A stretch of 62,904 bases of DNA, filler included, from Guillardia theta CCMP2712 (GCF_000315625.1; 7 parts of 7 records of this genome joined end to end with filler, not necessarily neighbours in it); one strand, 5' to 3'. Counted from the first letter of the whole stretch, positions 12,359 to 26,179 are shown. Notes: generated by a model from the letters alone, not told the origin. Numbers and translations: made by a program.

Positions 12359-13742
12359 ATGTTTAGGAGGCGGTTGGGCATGAAGTCCTTCACATTCTCA
12401 TTCTTTGTTGGCGGTGCTTGCGTGCTTTTGGTGAATTTAGTTGCAAGCAGGATGGCGTCCAGAGAATCCAAGTTGACGATTGCACCTGGATTCCATCCGG
12501 CAGCTGCTTACATGGCATCGATGCTGCATGGCATGAAGGCCAACTCAGATCAGGAGATTCACTTTGGACACGTGAAGAGGCCAGGCGCGGATATGCTGCA
12601 ACTTTCGGACCAGGATAAGGCTAGTCACAGGGCAAGGTATGCCGTAATGTCATCCCCAATTCCTCCGATCCCACACATGAAAGATCATGTTCAGACTCGT
12701 GCAGAAATAGAGCAGTCACTCAACAGCGAACTGTTTCATACTCCTGCGGTGAACACTGGTCGCATACCAGGAAAGGAAACTCAGATTACCAAGAAGTCGA
12801 CATATCAGAAGTTTCCTGAACCGAAAAATCTCGTGGACGGAATCCCAAAAGATATGTTCCAAAAGAAAGCCAGGGTCACGTCTCTGGCATCTGATGTTCT
12901 GTCGAAGAAGGGGGTCAATGTGGGATACCGCGATGTTGCCCACGATGTGCCATTGGGCAAAAAAGACAAACTTGAAGAGCATGGAGTCTACACTAACAAT
13001 CGCTTGTACCAAAGTTTTGATGACATCGCTGTCCCCCTTGAAGGAATTGATGCCAACGGTTACTTTGTGCATCCTGATGCTTACAACCGTGAAGGGTACA
13101 CGGTTAACGAGTACTGGCCGCTCCAGGCGAATGGACACAAGCAGGCGATGGAGACGAAGCTGGCTAGCAGTTTAGAGAATTATAATGGAATCCCTGAGCT
13201 CAAATTCAGCCCCGACAAGCCAGCTGCTGTAGGAATGGGCAAGACAGGAGGCAGAAATAAGCTGCCGTTGCAGCTAACAAGGAAGGTCGCGACCTCGAAG
13301 CATGCGCAGACTTCCAGGGGGTTGGATGAAGCTTGGTTAGCTGCTGGAAGTCAGGAGCCTCTCGGAGTTGAGAATGTTGTGAATTCTGTGAAAGCGGCTG
13401 GAGCAATGGAAGATGGAGTTGTGGATGCCAAAGAAAAATCTGAGGCCATGGCTAATCTAAGAAACGCCATGATGGACTCGCACCAAACGGTTCCTGGTCA
13501 TCGAGAACGATGGCAGGTTATTGAACATTCGCCTTTTCATGTGGGTGCTGACGTGACCTTGCAGATTGCGCGAGCAGCCAACCCCTGCCAAGAGCAGCAG
13601 GTGAGGGTTAATCGCTACTTCTTGTGGATTTCATGAGCTTAGTGATGCTTGTTCTGGCAGCCTTATGAAAGTTATTTCGCGTACAAGTTCCGACTCGCAC
13701 ATGGAGGGACGTCTCGATGTTAAAGACGCCGCAAGGTTTTGA
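12359..13742 (+). CDS. Hypothetical membrane-anchored or secreted protein with short 3' introns
   Basis: Long ORF (>400 aa) with N-terminal TM (FSFFVGGACVLLVNLV). GT..CTGAC..CAG intron at ~13517-13564 and another at ~13601-13660. Confidence 0.65.
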
Positions 13743-14222
13743 GGGTGTGATGGCTCTAACGCCGGGTCACGTATTATTGTCATGATGTCACCTGGGACTC
13801 AGTAGTGGAATGCCTGAGTCACGTCAGTGGTCAACTCACTTATTTGTTCGAACGTGAGTTGGTCTTTCTCTTGCTCATGATGCTCACGGTGTCAGAATGA
13901 GTAAGATATCAGTCACTGTTGTCAAAGGTCCCGGTCAGCAACCCCGGCGAATTCAGCCCAGGGCTATTTCAACTGAGCGGCACTTGAAACAACAACGCGG
14001 CATGATGTCGTGTACGGTGCAGCGTGGGGCTATAGGGAAATTTAAAGCTGCAACAGAGGTGAGTGTATACAAGAAGAGGCATCGTGGAAGATATAAAACA
14101 AGAAAAAATATGCAAACTTAAAAAACGACAATCGTCTCATTCACACACAAATCATTTTCGGTGGCCTCTCCTAGCGAGTTTGTTGCATAGTAAAATAAAC
14201 TCGGACGTGATATGGGGCAAGA

Positions 14223-14296
14223 TGCCCCATACGGGACTTGAACCCGTGACCTTCGGCTCATAAGACCGATGCACTGGCCGACTGTGCTAATGGGGC
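14223..14296 (-). tRNA. trnI-UAU: tRNA-Ile (anticodon UAU), no intron
   Basis: Reverse complement GCCCCATTAGCACAGTCGGCCAGTGCATCGGTCTTATGAGCCGAAGGTCACGGGTTCAAGTCCCGTATGGGGCA: 7-bp acceptor stem, anticodon arm TCGGT-CTTATGA-GCCGA, GGTTCAA T-loop. Confidence 0.95.
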
Positions 14297-15765
14297 ACGT
14301 CCATACCACGTGATCGCTTGCTACGGTACAAATACACTTGGCACCTCCCACCCTACTCACTCTTTTTTGAAATCCCGATGCCCCATTCTTCACCCCCACC
14401 CCCGATTTTAACACCTATGATCTCTTCTTTTCGACACCACCCCCTTTTCAAGTCTTTTTACTGATAAAACCACCCCTTATATTGTCATCATTGTCTTGCA
14501 CACCCCTATTTCCATCGTCCCCCACCCCTATTTCTCTCACCCCACCCTCATTTTCCGATCCCTCGCACCACCAACTTCGTCAAGGAGTTGGTTATTTTTC
14601 TTTTTTGCTATGCACCTCTCAATTTTCAGGTGATATTTCGAATATTGCTTCTGAAATTTCAATTAAGGATGACAATTGAAGCATCCATTTTCTGGCTGCC
14701 AAAGATGGATGTGCAAACCTCTAAAAATTGCAATTTTACAAACTCCTCCATTCGGGTACAAAAGGCTCAGTCGTTTGTACTGGGTAAAACTTTTAGGGAC
14801 TTCTTTAGTTTTAATTAGTTTTCAGGGGACATCCATTCTGCCGGATACACCCTGACCCTGGTACAGGTGCAAACAAGATTGTATTTCTGGTACAACCAGT
14901 TGCTAAGGTGGTAACAAAAATAAATTATTTTAATTCATATCTAGTACAAGACCTAATAATATTTGTTTCTGTGAATCCTCGTTGGCCTCTGCTTTCTCCC
15001 TATCCCTGGACGACCCTTGAGGGGTACCCTCAACTAGCACCAGTGGCTACAGCAACCCCCACCCCTTTGCGAAAGGATGTCATACTAGAATACCCATGGT
15101 TGTATACCTTTCCTCATTCAGGACCCCCCTTTTGAACCTCCTTCACTACCACTTGCTTCTCCACACATGCTTCACCCACCCATGACCTTCAAGGGACTTC
15201 TACCCAAACCCCCTCCATCCCCATTACCCTACCTACCTATTGACTACCCTACCACTCCCTACAATCTCTTCGCCCTCTTACCAACCACCCCTGTCCCAGC
15301 GACCTTTTGTGTACCCCCACCGTTTCCAAAAGCATCCCCCACCCCCTTTTCCCGACAAGCTATTAGTTCAATTCCTGGCACATTCTCCTGGTTGTATCTT
15401 GCACCCCAGAGTTTCCTTGTCGGTTGTAGAACAAGGACCCGGTACTCAGTATACCCTTCAACGAAACCACCCCAATGAATTATATAATCTACACCCACCC
15501 TTTCTCCACAGGGGACCCTACCAAGCCCTCGTCCACCCTCTTCTCTTAACCAAAACGGACTTTTCCTGTACCCCAGTAGTATGTCAGACGTGGAGGAGTG
15601 ACGAGTGCGGTAGCGGAGAGAAGATGACCGACTGAGAAAGAGAAGAAAGACAGAAACAGGAACAATTATCAACTTACGAAACATTCGGTGTGGAGGATAA
15701 ATTGACGTGACTGGCTAACAGATTACAGAAGTTCGTGCTCATCACTGTTGCAACGTAGACAGATC

Positions 15766-16215
15766 ATGAACCCATTGGCGTATTCGATGCTGGATTGTGG
15801 ATGCAGAAGCAGAGAGACCGGGGCCAAAAGCCCCCTGATGAAAAGTTCTTGTGAAAAGGTTCTGTACTCAAGGGGAAACATTGAGATCACCGAAAGTTAC
15901 ATCAAGCTCAAGACTTACTATTTCCCGATGGGTACTGCTAAGACCATTAAGTTTTGGGACATCAAGGATGTTGATATTATAAACCTCAAGTTCTGGAACA
16001 CAAAAGCATGGGGCATGGGAGCAGACTGCCGCGTATGGTGGCATTTTGATGGCTTATGTCGAGCGATGGCGAAGCAGCGAAGGAAAGGAATTGTTATACA
16101 TTCGGGTAAGAGTCCCTTTGCATCTGGACTCACTCCCTGCTCCGACGATTTTGAGAAAGTTTTGGCGCTGATACGGGAGAGGATAGATGTTGAGAACAGG
16201 AAACTTCTTAGTTGA
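15766..16215 (+). CDS. Conserved uncharacterised small protein (PH-like fold family also seen in actinobacteria and some protists)
   Basis: Motifs LY..GNIEIT..IKLKTYYFPMGTAKTI, KAWGMG..RVWWHFD and GLTP..D.EKVLALI recall that family from memory. Not verified by search. Confidence 0.6.
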   Translation: MNPLAYSMLDCGCRSRETGAKSPLMKSSCEKVLYSRGNIEITESYIKLKTYYFPMGTAKTIKFWDIKDVDIINLKFWNTKAWGMGADCRVWWHFDGLCRAMAKQRRKGIVIHSGKSPFASGLTPCSDDFEKVLALIRERIDVENRKLLS

Positions 16216-18884
16216 GATCTTCTCGATCGTTTTCGAAGAGTTCGACTAGGCATGCAATGCGTTGTTACGCTCGCTGTATCATTCTGTGCTTTTTGTTTTT
16301 GTTGTTTTTTCCAAGCTTTTGATCTAATATTGGTTGACAATTTAATTGTTGACAATTGTCAATAAACTTGCTATTTTCTCTTTTTTTTCTCTGGAATTCC
16401 TGGTCCAGGCATTTGAAAAATTTTGCTTGCTGTTTGCTTGGCCTGCTCTTGCTGTTTCTTCTTGAGCAGCCGATAAGCCTTGTAGTAATCACCAAATGAC
16501 ATCCAAGGTGGGAGAAGGCACAGGAGCAATACCTGCACAGCGGACGTTTGAAGATTGGTATCGACTGCAATCTTAGGAATCGCCTGCTAACTCGTCAGAC
16601 AAGGCTGGCAAACAACTTGGAAGGAGATATTTCCTTTCGTTGATCAGTGAGAAGCTTTGCCCTTCTCTCTTTCACTCTTTGTTTAGCAGTTGCTGCTTTC
16701 TGATGACGACTTCTTTGTCAAAGAGATAAGTAACAAACGGACAGCATGCCTTGAAGTTTGTAGTCTTCATGACCGAATCTCCAGGTTCACTTTGTAGCGA
16801 CAAACTTCTCTCTTTCTTATTTGAATTTTCCTGAGAGTTTTGAGACATTTTTTCCTTCAATTTCTGTCTCCACCTGATCCAGTCACAGTTACATTTGTTT
16901 TTCGAGCACATTTCATTTTTACAGCATATCCTTGTCCCTTTCCCTCTTCATTCCCTTTAAGAACGCCTTTCCTGCGCGAAGTTAAGGAAGACAGCAGAAT
17001 GGCGAATAAACATGAAGCGCAACCGGTTGAGCCAAAATCTACATGCGCCTCGTACAGTACAGTGAACTTCTCCATGAAATCTTCATCTCTCAGGGAAAGC
17101 CACTCAGAGTCCCTGGCAAATCCCATGCCGCCATATGCTAGATCCCAAGTCACAGAATCCCTTGACCTAAACGATTTTCTTTCTCGTCATTACCTGTTTG
17201 CTTGGGAAGCAGCGGAAACGACCAGCAGTGAGGTGTTGGCAGGTCAACATCAATTCGTACAAGCTTCCCCCGCCCTATCATTTTCTTTTTACCTATTCAG
17301 TACTTTGTTATCAACATCAATCGCAAACAACTTTCTCAACTTTCTCTGCCTGCCTGCCTGCCTGCCTGCTTGTGTTTCCTGGAGTCTGTTCGCATTTTTC
17401 TCTTCCCCTCCCCCGCCCTTACCGCCATCTTCACGTGCGTTCATGGACAGTTCGCCCTGGGCTTCTGAAATATCATTTCAAGTCGGCCTCAGGACAACAA
17501 ACTCCATGATCAAAAAGACAGCAGATTCCTTTCACTGGAATGTTTACGATTATGATAAAGTTCAGAAAAACGTCAAGAATTATAACAAAACAGTCAAGAA
17601 TTATAACAAAAATATATAAAAGGCTTATATCGACAATCCAATTGGGGCGGATGCAGGGGCGGATGTGCGACTTCAGATCTGTCATGCCGATATCAGGGGG
17701 TAGTATTCATAGATTAGAGGGGGTGGGTTCTTGAAGCGTTGAGGGTTTTAAGGTTACAAAGAGGCGGTGGCATGCAAGGAGCCAACACGGGTCCTTTGGC
17801 CCGATTTAGGCATGGTAGGTCACTGGATCTTTAATTTTAGACCATATTTGGTACCAGAACAATGCTTTTGGTAGTGATGTTTGCTATGTTTAGCCCTACA
17901 TTCAGAACGAATATTAAAAATGCATCCCTTCGTTCCTCGGACCCCCCACGGGACGGCCCCCCGACCCGGAGGGGTTAATCACCAGGGGTCCAGGTATTTC
18001 CCTGAGGGGTGGCCTCAATGCCTCGAGCTCAATCACGGGTTGACTTCCTTGCATGGTCAACTTTTACCCGTCATTTTGACCACAATAAATAGGGTATAGA
18101 TCACTCGGTGAGGGTCAGGAGCGTTGATCGCAGCTGTTGTTAGGGCTACACTGTAGGGTGGGTTCTATTGATCACAGGGGGTAGGGGTGATCAAGAAGGC
18201 TGCGGTTTCATTAAAAGGCTACATGGGTGGGGTGGATCAAAGAGTCAAGTTTGATCTCTCCAAAGGTTAGGGTACTACATGGGGTATTGCTGAGGTAGGG
18301 TCCTTCAATCATGAGTCCAGGAGATCAGCTGAAGGGCAAGTGAACTGGATAGGCTTGTTTTACTATGAAATCACTTAATGAATTGAGCAGGATGGGCTGA
18401 TGGATTCAATGAGTCGTAGGTGTCGTTCACAGGGTCACAATCAGGAGAAGTCGGGCAGGGTATGTGGGTTTATCGGGGTAGGTAGGGTGATGTCAGCTCA
18501 AATCTTGGGTTAAAAGAGGCGTCGGTGGGTAGGGGTCAGACAAGGTTGATGGGTCGTGGGTTCAGCAAGGGGTGATAGAAGATAGAAATTTTGTGGGGGT
18601 GGGGTAATCGAGAAATGAAGGGGTCATGTCCAAGATATACATGGTGGGTAATGACACTAGTAGGTTCAGTACCCGTGATTTGAATGGGTCAAAGTACGGT
18701 ACCTCAGCCAACAATGGGGTAGAAAAAGTAGGCCTGGAGGATTGTCTGGGGTAGGGTACCAAGATGAAGGGTACTAAATTGGTAGCGGCATTGCGTGTGG
18801 GTACATGAGATAACCACGAACCTTGAAAGGGTAGGGGTCACTTTGGAGAACGCAGGGTGGGGGTAGGGGTCTGTCTCTATATAA

Positions 18885-19697
<813 letters not shown>

Positions 19698-20042
19698 GAA
19701 CGGTGGATTCCACCTGTATGTTGTAACTATATGAAAATAAAACGAATGGAACGGGTTACCCGCTTTCCTGTGCGAATATGGTCGTTGTGCTGTAACAATG
19801 TGATTCACCTCCCTGATCTTGCCATGGATTTCATCATCATTTCTTTAACAAACGAAAGGTCTAGTCTATGTTATCGTATTGAAATGGATCACGAACTGCT
19901 GAAAATCTTGACGTATGCCTACTCAACCAAATCACCGTCGAGGTAATTATGCTGACAGTATACCTGCAGCATGTACAGCGCCGGCCACATGGAGGACTCC
20001 ATGCTGTCAGGATCAATCTTGGACACAAATTAACAAGCTGAA

Positions 20043-21464
20043 CTAAGCGAGCGAGAATTCATCAATTACCTCTGGGGCTGGCGAAACCTTCTTTACGAAC
20101 ACATTAGCAAGCATTTGCCACACAAAGAAGCAAAGCACCTCTTCAAGGGCGACGGCTTGTGCCTCCCCCTTTCGTTCTCTCCCATCAGATCTTGTTGGAT
20201 GTGCTGCATAAACAGCTATCAAGAATCGCTCCCACGCCACAACGATTTCACATTTCATCTTCGCTTGATGCACGGATGCAACTCTATTTACATACGCATC
20301 CAACAAAGTGGTTGGATCTTCCCCAACTGCCAAGAGATGACCAGGATCAGCAAAAATCCCATTGTGACTGCAATCAGACATCAGCGAGGCAAACATGTCG
20401 ACGACATCATACGGGATGATCATGTGAGCAAAGCGCTTGGTTGGTTCGACGAATCGGTGATGGTTGGGCTTTACATTCCTTGCCCAGGCATTGTAGACAT
20501 CTGCAACTGTTCGTCCTCGTCCCTTTAGCGGGTGCGTGTCCCGAGCAAGTCTGCGCCTGAGCAGAACCGTCACCACGAGGACCCTGTCAAGCAAGACGCA
20601 CATGAAACGAGTGTCTTCGTCACAATCGACATAGACTCGAATGTCCATCCGAGATCTCAACTTCTCGTCGTTGAGCACCATCAAGCCCTCCACAAGAAGA
20701 ACTCCCTGCGAACATGTGCGTTATTGCAGACAACAAACAGATTCAAGATTCCAACCTTCAACCCCACGGGGAAAACTCGCTTCACAGAAGAATCTTTCAC
20801 ACGGGAATTTGATGCAAAGTCGTAGATAGGTACATCCACCTCTTCTCCTCCTTGATCACAAGAGGTTCAGAGACGTTGCAAATGACGTTTCAAAACTACT
20901 TTTAAGGAGCTCAAGGTGCTCCACTAACTGATTTGTGTGAAGGGCCTACGAAATTCCTGTTAGAGCTTGTATGAAACTGCCGTGATCTTACCTCTGGACA
21001 GTCCCAGTTTCCATCGCAGTCTCTGTCTACATCGGGCTTGTCTTTGTAATAGCTGTCATGGCTGCTTGCGAATCATCATATGACAGGAATCCATGCGCAG
21101 CAATATTCCAACCTCAGGACAATGGTCGGGCATATACTTTGTACCATTGCCTCAAGCTTTGTGCAGAAGACACTCTTTCCTCCACCAGATCCTCCAGCGA
21201 CACCGATGACAAGAACCTATGTTTCTCGCGGTTAGCGCTGAATGTCATCAAATCGTCTGGTACATTAGTCCCTGTCCCGGGTGGCGGCGCTACAGGGTCC
21301 GATAGCCCGCCTGACTGCATCTTGAGAGGAAGCAGCTCACAAGGTCTTGATAGGCTGCCTTCTGCCTTGAGAGGGACATGAGCCACCCCAAAAGCGGATG
21401 CCAAGGGCAGCAAGACAACGATGCACAGGAGAGAACTCCGATGGCAGGAAGTCTGCATGCTCAT
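20043..21464 (-). CDS. Uridine kinase family protein with ASAF plastid-targeting presequence, multi-exon
   Basis: Signal peptide ...LLPLASAF; P-loop VIGVAGGSGGGKS (~21175-21210); HDSYY; NWDCPE; VDVPIYDF; EGLMVL; VYVDCDEDTRF; RRLARD; VKPNHHRFVEPTKRFA. 3' end approximate. Confidence 0.88.
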
Positions 21465-21720
21465 CGTCCTCGACTTGATTCTTGCCTTCATGCTCAGATG
21501 AGTTTCTTCGATGGGGCAGCAGAGCCCCTCGTCTTTCTTCCCTCCCTCTTCCCTGCTCCTCCTCCTCTCGTCCGTTCCTGCTGTCCTGACCATGCGCCCC
21601 CTGATCGGCCCCCACTGAATACGTTACATTATGAAACCGCTCAACGGCATCGGTAACGGACAAACTCTGCCATCCGTTTCTTATGCCCCCTGAGCCGTAA
21701 CCGTGTGTTGCTCTGACGTC

Positions 21721-23476
21721 ATGGGAAACTTATGCTGCTCGGCCGTCGGCGATGGCGGAGGAAGGAAAGAGCCGAAGATGGTGAGAAGAGATGATGGTGT
21801 AGATGTTGTCCTCGAACACGATCATGTACATGGACATGGAAGGAACAATGCCTGTTACATGTCAAGATGCCATCAGTGTACTTGGTTTTGAGATCCCATC
21901 AGTCTTCATTTGTACGCGACAGGTAGTTCGTTCATGGTGAAGGTAGGAGGAATATTATGAATACGTAGTGAAGAAACTAGCTTGCTGACATCAAATGAAT
22001 ATGATATGAATAAGGAGGGGAAAGAAGATAGGTTGGAGTCGATGAACTCTGATCGAGTGTTCTCGAGAGAAGCGACATGTAACGAGAAGCAGTGCAAGGA
22101 TCAGGTGAAGGAGAAGAAAGACGAGGAGGACGCAGACTAGGAAACGAAAGTCTCTGAACGCTTCAAACTCGCATCAATGCTTGGACGTGTTCCGTGACCT
22201 GCCTAGTTCACGATGATTCTGCTTCTTATTTCATGTGCCTCCAGGAGAAGAAACTACCTGGCGGAGCAGACGCCAAGAAAGAGAACGGCAATCCCAACAA
22301 GCATGCCGTCGCTCCTGCTCTTCGTGAAAAGGAGCAAGCGGTTGGTGATGTTGATACGCTTCCGAAGAAAGAGACGCTGAAAGAAAGATTGTGAATTTCT
22401 GTTTCAGCTCGCCTGCAGTCCCTCACGCTCTTAGCAGGTTGCGCGAGAGCAAAGAAGTAACATGATACCCCATGAACCGACTCGCCTGCTCACCTGATTC
22501 CTCCCGCAGAAGGCAGATGCCGAGGCGATGGAGCGAGCGATTGCAGCAGAGCGAGCGGCGGAAGTGGAGGAGGAGGAGCGCAAGGCTGCAAAACACAAGG
22601 TGAAGGCATCGGAGTCTAGCAGGGGACGCTGACGTGATCGCCGTCAGTCGGGGAAAGGAGAGAGCAAGAGCCAGGCGAGCGCGGGGGCTGCGGCGAGCGA
22701 GGAGGAGGTGAGGGTGTGCGATGCGATCGGGGTCGATGACTTGACTTGGTCGTTCCTCTCAGGTCAGAGGCAAGACTGAAGTCGGCGAGCAAGTTGATTC
22801 CATCGGAAATCACGTGCGGCTCCTAGCCTTCCAACCAGTAGTGAACCACTTAGCTTCTCTTGGCAGATCGCTCAAGGCCAGGAGAACTTGGAGGTGACGT
22901 CCGACACGACAACAGCAGCGATGGCGACGGAGAAGCAGACAAAGGAGAAGGAGAAGGAGAAGGAGGAGGAGAAGGAGGAGGAGGAGCAGCAGCAGCAGCA
23001 GCAGGAGGAGGAGGAGGAGAAGGGGAAGGTGAAGGTGAAGAAGGAGAAGGTAGGCGAGGAGGTAGATCCCTTCCCTCAGCGTCGAGATGAGGACGAAGCG
23101 AACAAGCAGGGTGGTAGGAGCGGAGCCTCTCCCGAGGAGGAGGAAGAGAAGGTGAGTCAAGGAAAGGATTTGTGCGCCCGTACCTGACGCCCGGAAGGTT
23201 CCCAGCGCTCCCACAGCACCGTCAGGAGGAGCCGGAGAGAAGCCTGTGAGGCGGGCCCTTGTCCTCAGCTCGAGGTTGACTTGTCTCAAGGTCGAGGAAG
23301 AAGCTCCAGCGTTGAGTGTGCGCGAGGAGGTTCATGAGGAAGAGAAGATCGAGGAGAGAGGTCAGGAGGAGCAACAGGACTCGGTCAATGTCTCTCAAGT
23401 CCTCCTCGAGGAACGAGCTGCTGAGGTGACTCTCGTCCTTTTATCTCCTCACCCTCTTCCGTTTTTCCCCTCCCTC
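21721..23476 (+). CDS. Hypothetical Glu/Lys-rich multi-exon protein with N-terminal MGNLCC dual-acylation motif, truncated by contig end
   Basis: ATG GGA AAC TTA TGC TGC at 21721, followed by short GT-AG introns and E/K-rich exons. Confidence 0.55.
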
Positions 23477-23576
23477 NNNNNNNNNNNNNNNNNNNNNNNN
23501 NNNNNNNNNNNNNNNNNNNNTTAATTAATTAANNNNNNNNNNNNNNNNNNNNNNNNNNNNNNNNNNNNNNNNNNNN
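23477..23576. other. Artificial contig linker N-TTAATTAATTAA-N (also at 35915-36014, 45930-46029, 50230-50329, 54482-54581, 58712-58811)
   Basis: Six 100-nt blocks of the same design, with stops in all six frames. Unrelated sequence on each side. Confidence 0.97.
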
Positions 23577-25719
23577 CCAGAGCCGTGACTTTGGCTTTGG
23601 GCCCTCCCACGCCGGGTCGCGGAATTCTACTGTCAGTATATTTTGCCATCCTCATTGACTCGGTTATTCTATTGGGGCTGCACTTGTACTGTTCGGATAC
23701 TGCACCAGTTGAATACATGATAGCTGCACTTCTTGCAACGCAAGTCCTGTACAAGATTTCAACTCCTGCTACTGCAGGCGTTGGCAATCCTGTGGCGATC
23801 AGCAACCTCTGTATCAGTGTTCTGCATACTTCCACGCTGTATCTGCTGTGGCGAGGGCATACAAGAAGAGTCTCCGCTGCTCCCGCATCTCTTGCAATGC
23901 ATGCCGATTGAATCAGTATGAGCACGAGGTGCATTCGTGAACTACTAGTGCACCCACACAACGATCAAACCTTGCAGGCAAGGAACCACATCAGGATTTG
24001 CCTTTGCCTTTGCCTTTGCCTTTGTTGGTTTTACATCCTGGCTCTACATGTTAACATGGAGCTGAACTTTCATTGAAGACAGAGTTTGTTGTATAAACAA
24101 CCTTTCGCACACTATCACCGAGCACAGATGAACTTCGGGTCGCTCTTTCTCAAGCACAGATGATCTCAGGATTTCTCTTTGTCAAGCGCGCGCACATCAC
24201 ATCAGCCTCTATGCTGTCTGTGTGGTATTGTCCTCGTACTGATCTTTGACATTAACTTTTCCCACGCTGCAGTGGCATGTGCGTGCCTGGAATGAGCCAA
24301 AGACTGCAATAGACAGTGTCTGCACTCACATCAATGCGAGCTCAGCGCAAGCTGTTCTTTTACGCCTCGAAGGCAGCGCAGATGTTGATGAAAACGATAA
24401 CGAGTATAGATTTCATGTTAGCAAATATTTGCGTGTTTTAGTGCATGTTCGTCTTGCTTTCTTTCTATTGTGTATACAAACAGAAGCAAGGCATATAGAT
24501 AATGTAAGGAAACAACGCGTCGTTGATCATGTACGTTGCGAGGGTATGTTGAAATGTTCTAATCCTAATCATTGCATTTTACTTGCTTTGAGTTGGTGTC
24601 TTGGAGTGAGCTCCATGCGATATCAGGCTCTTGAAAAAGTTCGGGGCGTCCGAAGGAAGATAAGTGAAGCCCTGCGAAAGAACGAGAGGAGAGGATCAGT
24701 TATGATAGTTGGTAAAGGATATCAGGACAAACCTCATTCTCCTTGAAGCCTTCTGTGAGACTCTTGTAGAACTTAGGGTAGTGCAGCTTGCAAGTGGGCT
24801 CATACCCTTCAAATGGTCGAAACGCGGGTTTTGACTTCGGAGTTGTCTCTTCCACGTAGTCTCGAAGCTTTCCTATTGTGTCTTGCATGGTCGGTGGCAG
24901 GTCGGCAAACATTATCCCCCACTGATTCAGGTTACATCATATCCTTTCAGATCTTTCATACTTCCTTTCTTCCTCCTCTCTAGACTGTTCCTGTGGATGA
25001 TGGGAAAGATTATTCTTTTTAATTTAGATCAACCACAGCAGTCCTCGTGATGGCTGACAGTCTGGCTGACAAACTTGAAAAAGTCGTTATGGCTGACAGT
25101 CTGGCTGACAGTCTGGCTGTATAAAAAGTTTGTTTTTGTGATGGCTTTACAACCCCACCCTTCTGTCAGCATGAAGGGTACTTGCGCAAACATGACGCAG
25201 GCGCGGAGCTGCGACAGCAACAATGCGTGCAAGACGTTCGTGCGCGCTTCTCTCGCAGTCAACATTGTTGTCCTCATTGCTGTCTGCACTGTTGTTATAG
25301 CTCCGGTTCGCCCAGAGGCCGTGACTTTGGCTTTGGGCCCTCCCACGCCGGGTCGCGGAATTCTACTGTCAGTATATTTTGCCATCCTCATTGACTCGGT
25401 TATTCTATTGGGGCTGCACTTGTACTGTTCGGATACTGCACCAGTTGAATACATGATAGCTGCACTTCTTGCAACGCAAGTCCTGTACAAGATTTCAACT
25501 CCTGCTACTGCAGGCGTTGGCAATCCTGTGGCGATCAGCAACCTCTGTATCAGTGTTCTGCATACTTCCACGCTGTATCTGCTGTGGCGAGGGCATACAA
25601 GAAGAGTCTCCGCTGCTCCCGCATCTCTTGCAATGCATGCCAATTGAATCAGTATGAGCACGAGGTGCATTCGTGAACTACTAGTGCACCCACACAACGA
25701 TCAAACCTTGCAGGCAAGG
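23577..25719. repeat. ~1736-bp direct repeat that hosts the LTR insertion
   Basis: 23577-23983 is nearly identical to 25313-25719. Internal 12-bp TGGCTGACAGTC repeats at 25050-25120. Confidence 0.85.
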
Positions 25720-26179
25720 TGATGTTGTACCCATGACATCGTTGCACTTGTAACGATGCAACAGCATCATGCCGAAATAGCAAAAACTATAAGGGCAATA
25801 TGAAGTTTTATGTGGAATACCTCAGGTACCGTGTCGGGTACATTTTGGTACTTCATCAGGCAAATACCGACTGTTATGTGTACCATGCCCAACGTGGCAG
25901 GGCGCATCTTGTACGGTGGACCTGGCGGCTAGTCGTAAACTCAGTACATACGACAGGTAGAGTACTATGAGGATGAGACTTGACCGTACCATAGCAAGAT
26001 CATTTACGACACTATTTAAGCTCAGAGAGGAGCGGACACCTTCGCTGCTCGTTTCCTCGCCACTCTTACACATCAGTCCCTCATACGTTATCTTGCTCTG
26101 CTGATACATAAACAAATCTAGCTTCATTCTTCATTCTCCCAAGCACACCTTGCTACGTTGTGGAACAAGTCTCACATCA
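25720..26179 (+). repeat. 5' LTR
   Basis: TG..CA ends with a 6-bp inverted repeat. TATA-like CTATTTAAG at ~26012. No differences seen versus 33313-33772. Confidence 0.96.

Noticed and set aside
14223-14296. tRNA-Ile as primer for the copia element
   Set aside because: The PBS does not match its 3' end, matches its anticodon arm poorly, and lies on a different contig.
16840-17619. 259-aa ORF
   Set aside because: Low-complexity Phe/Ser-rich, spans (CCTG)n and a 21-bp tandem, no recognisable domain.
23521-23532. Recurrent palindrome TTAATTAATTAA as a biological repeat or piggyBac target
   Set aside because: Always centred in 100-nt N blocks of the same design; it is an artificial linker.
25822-26127. 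Antisense 101-aa ORF in the LTR
   Set aside because: No recognisable features; its duplication simply reflects LTR identity.
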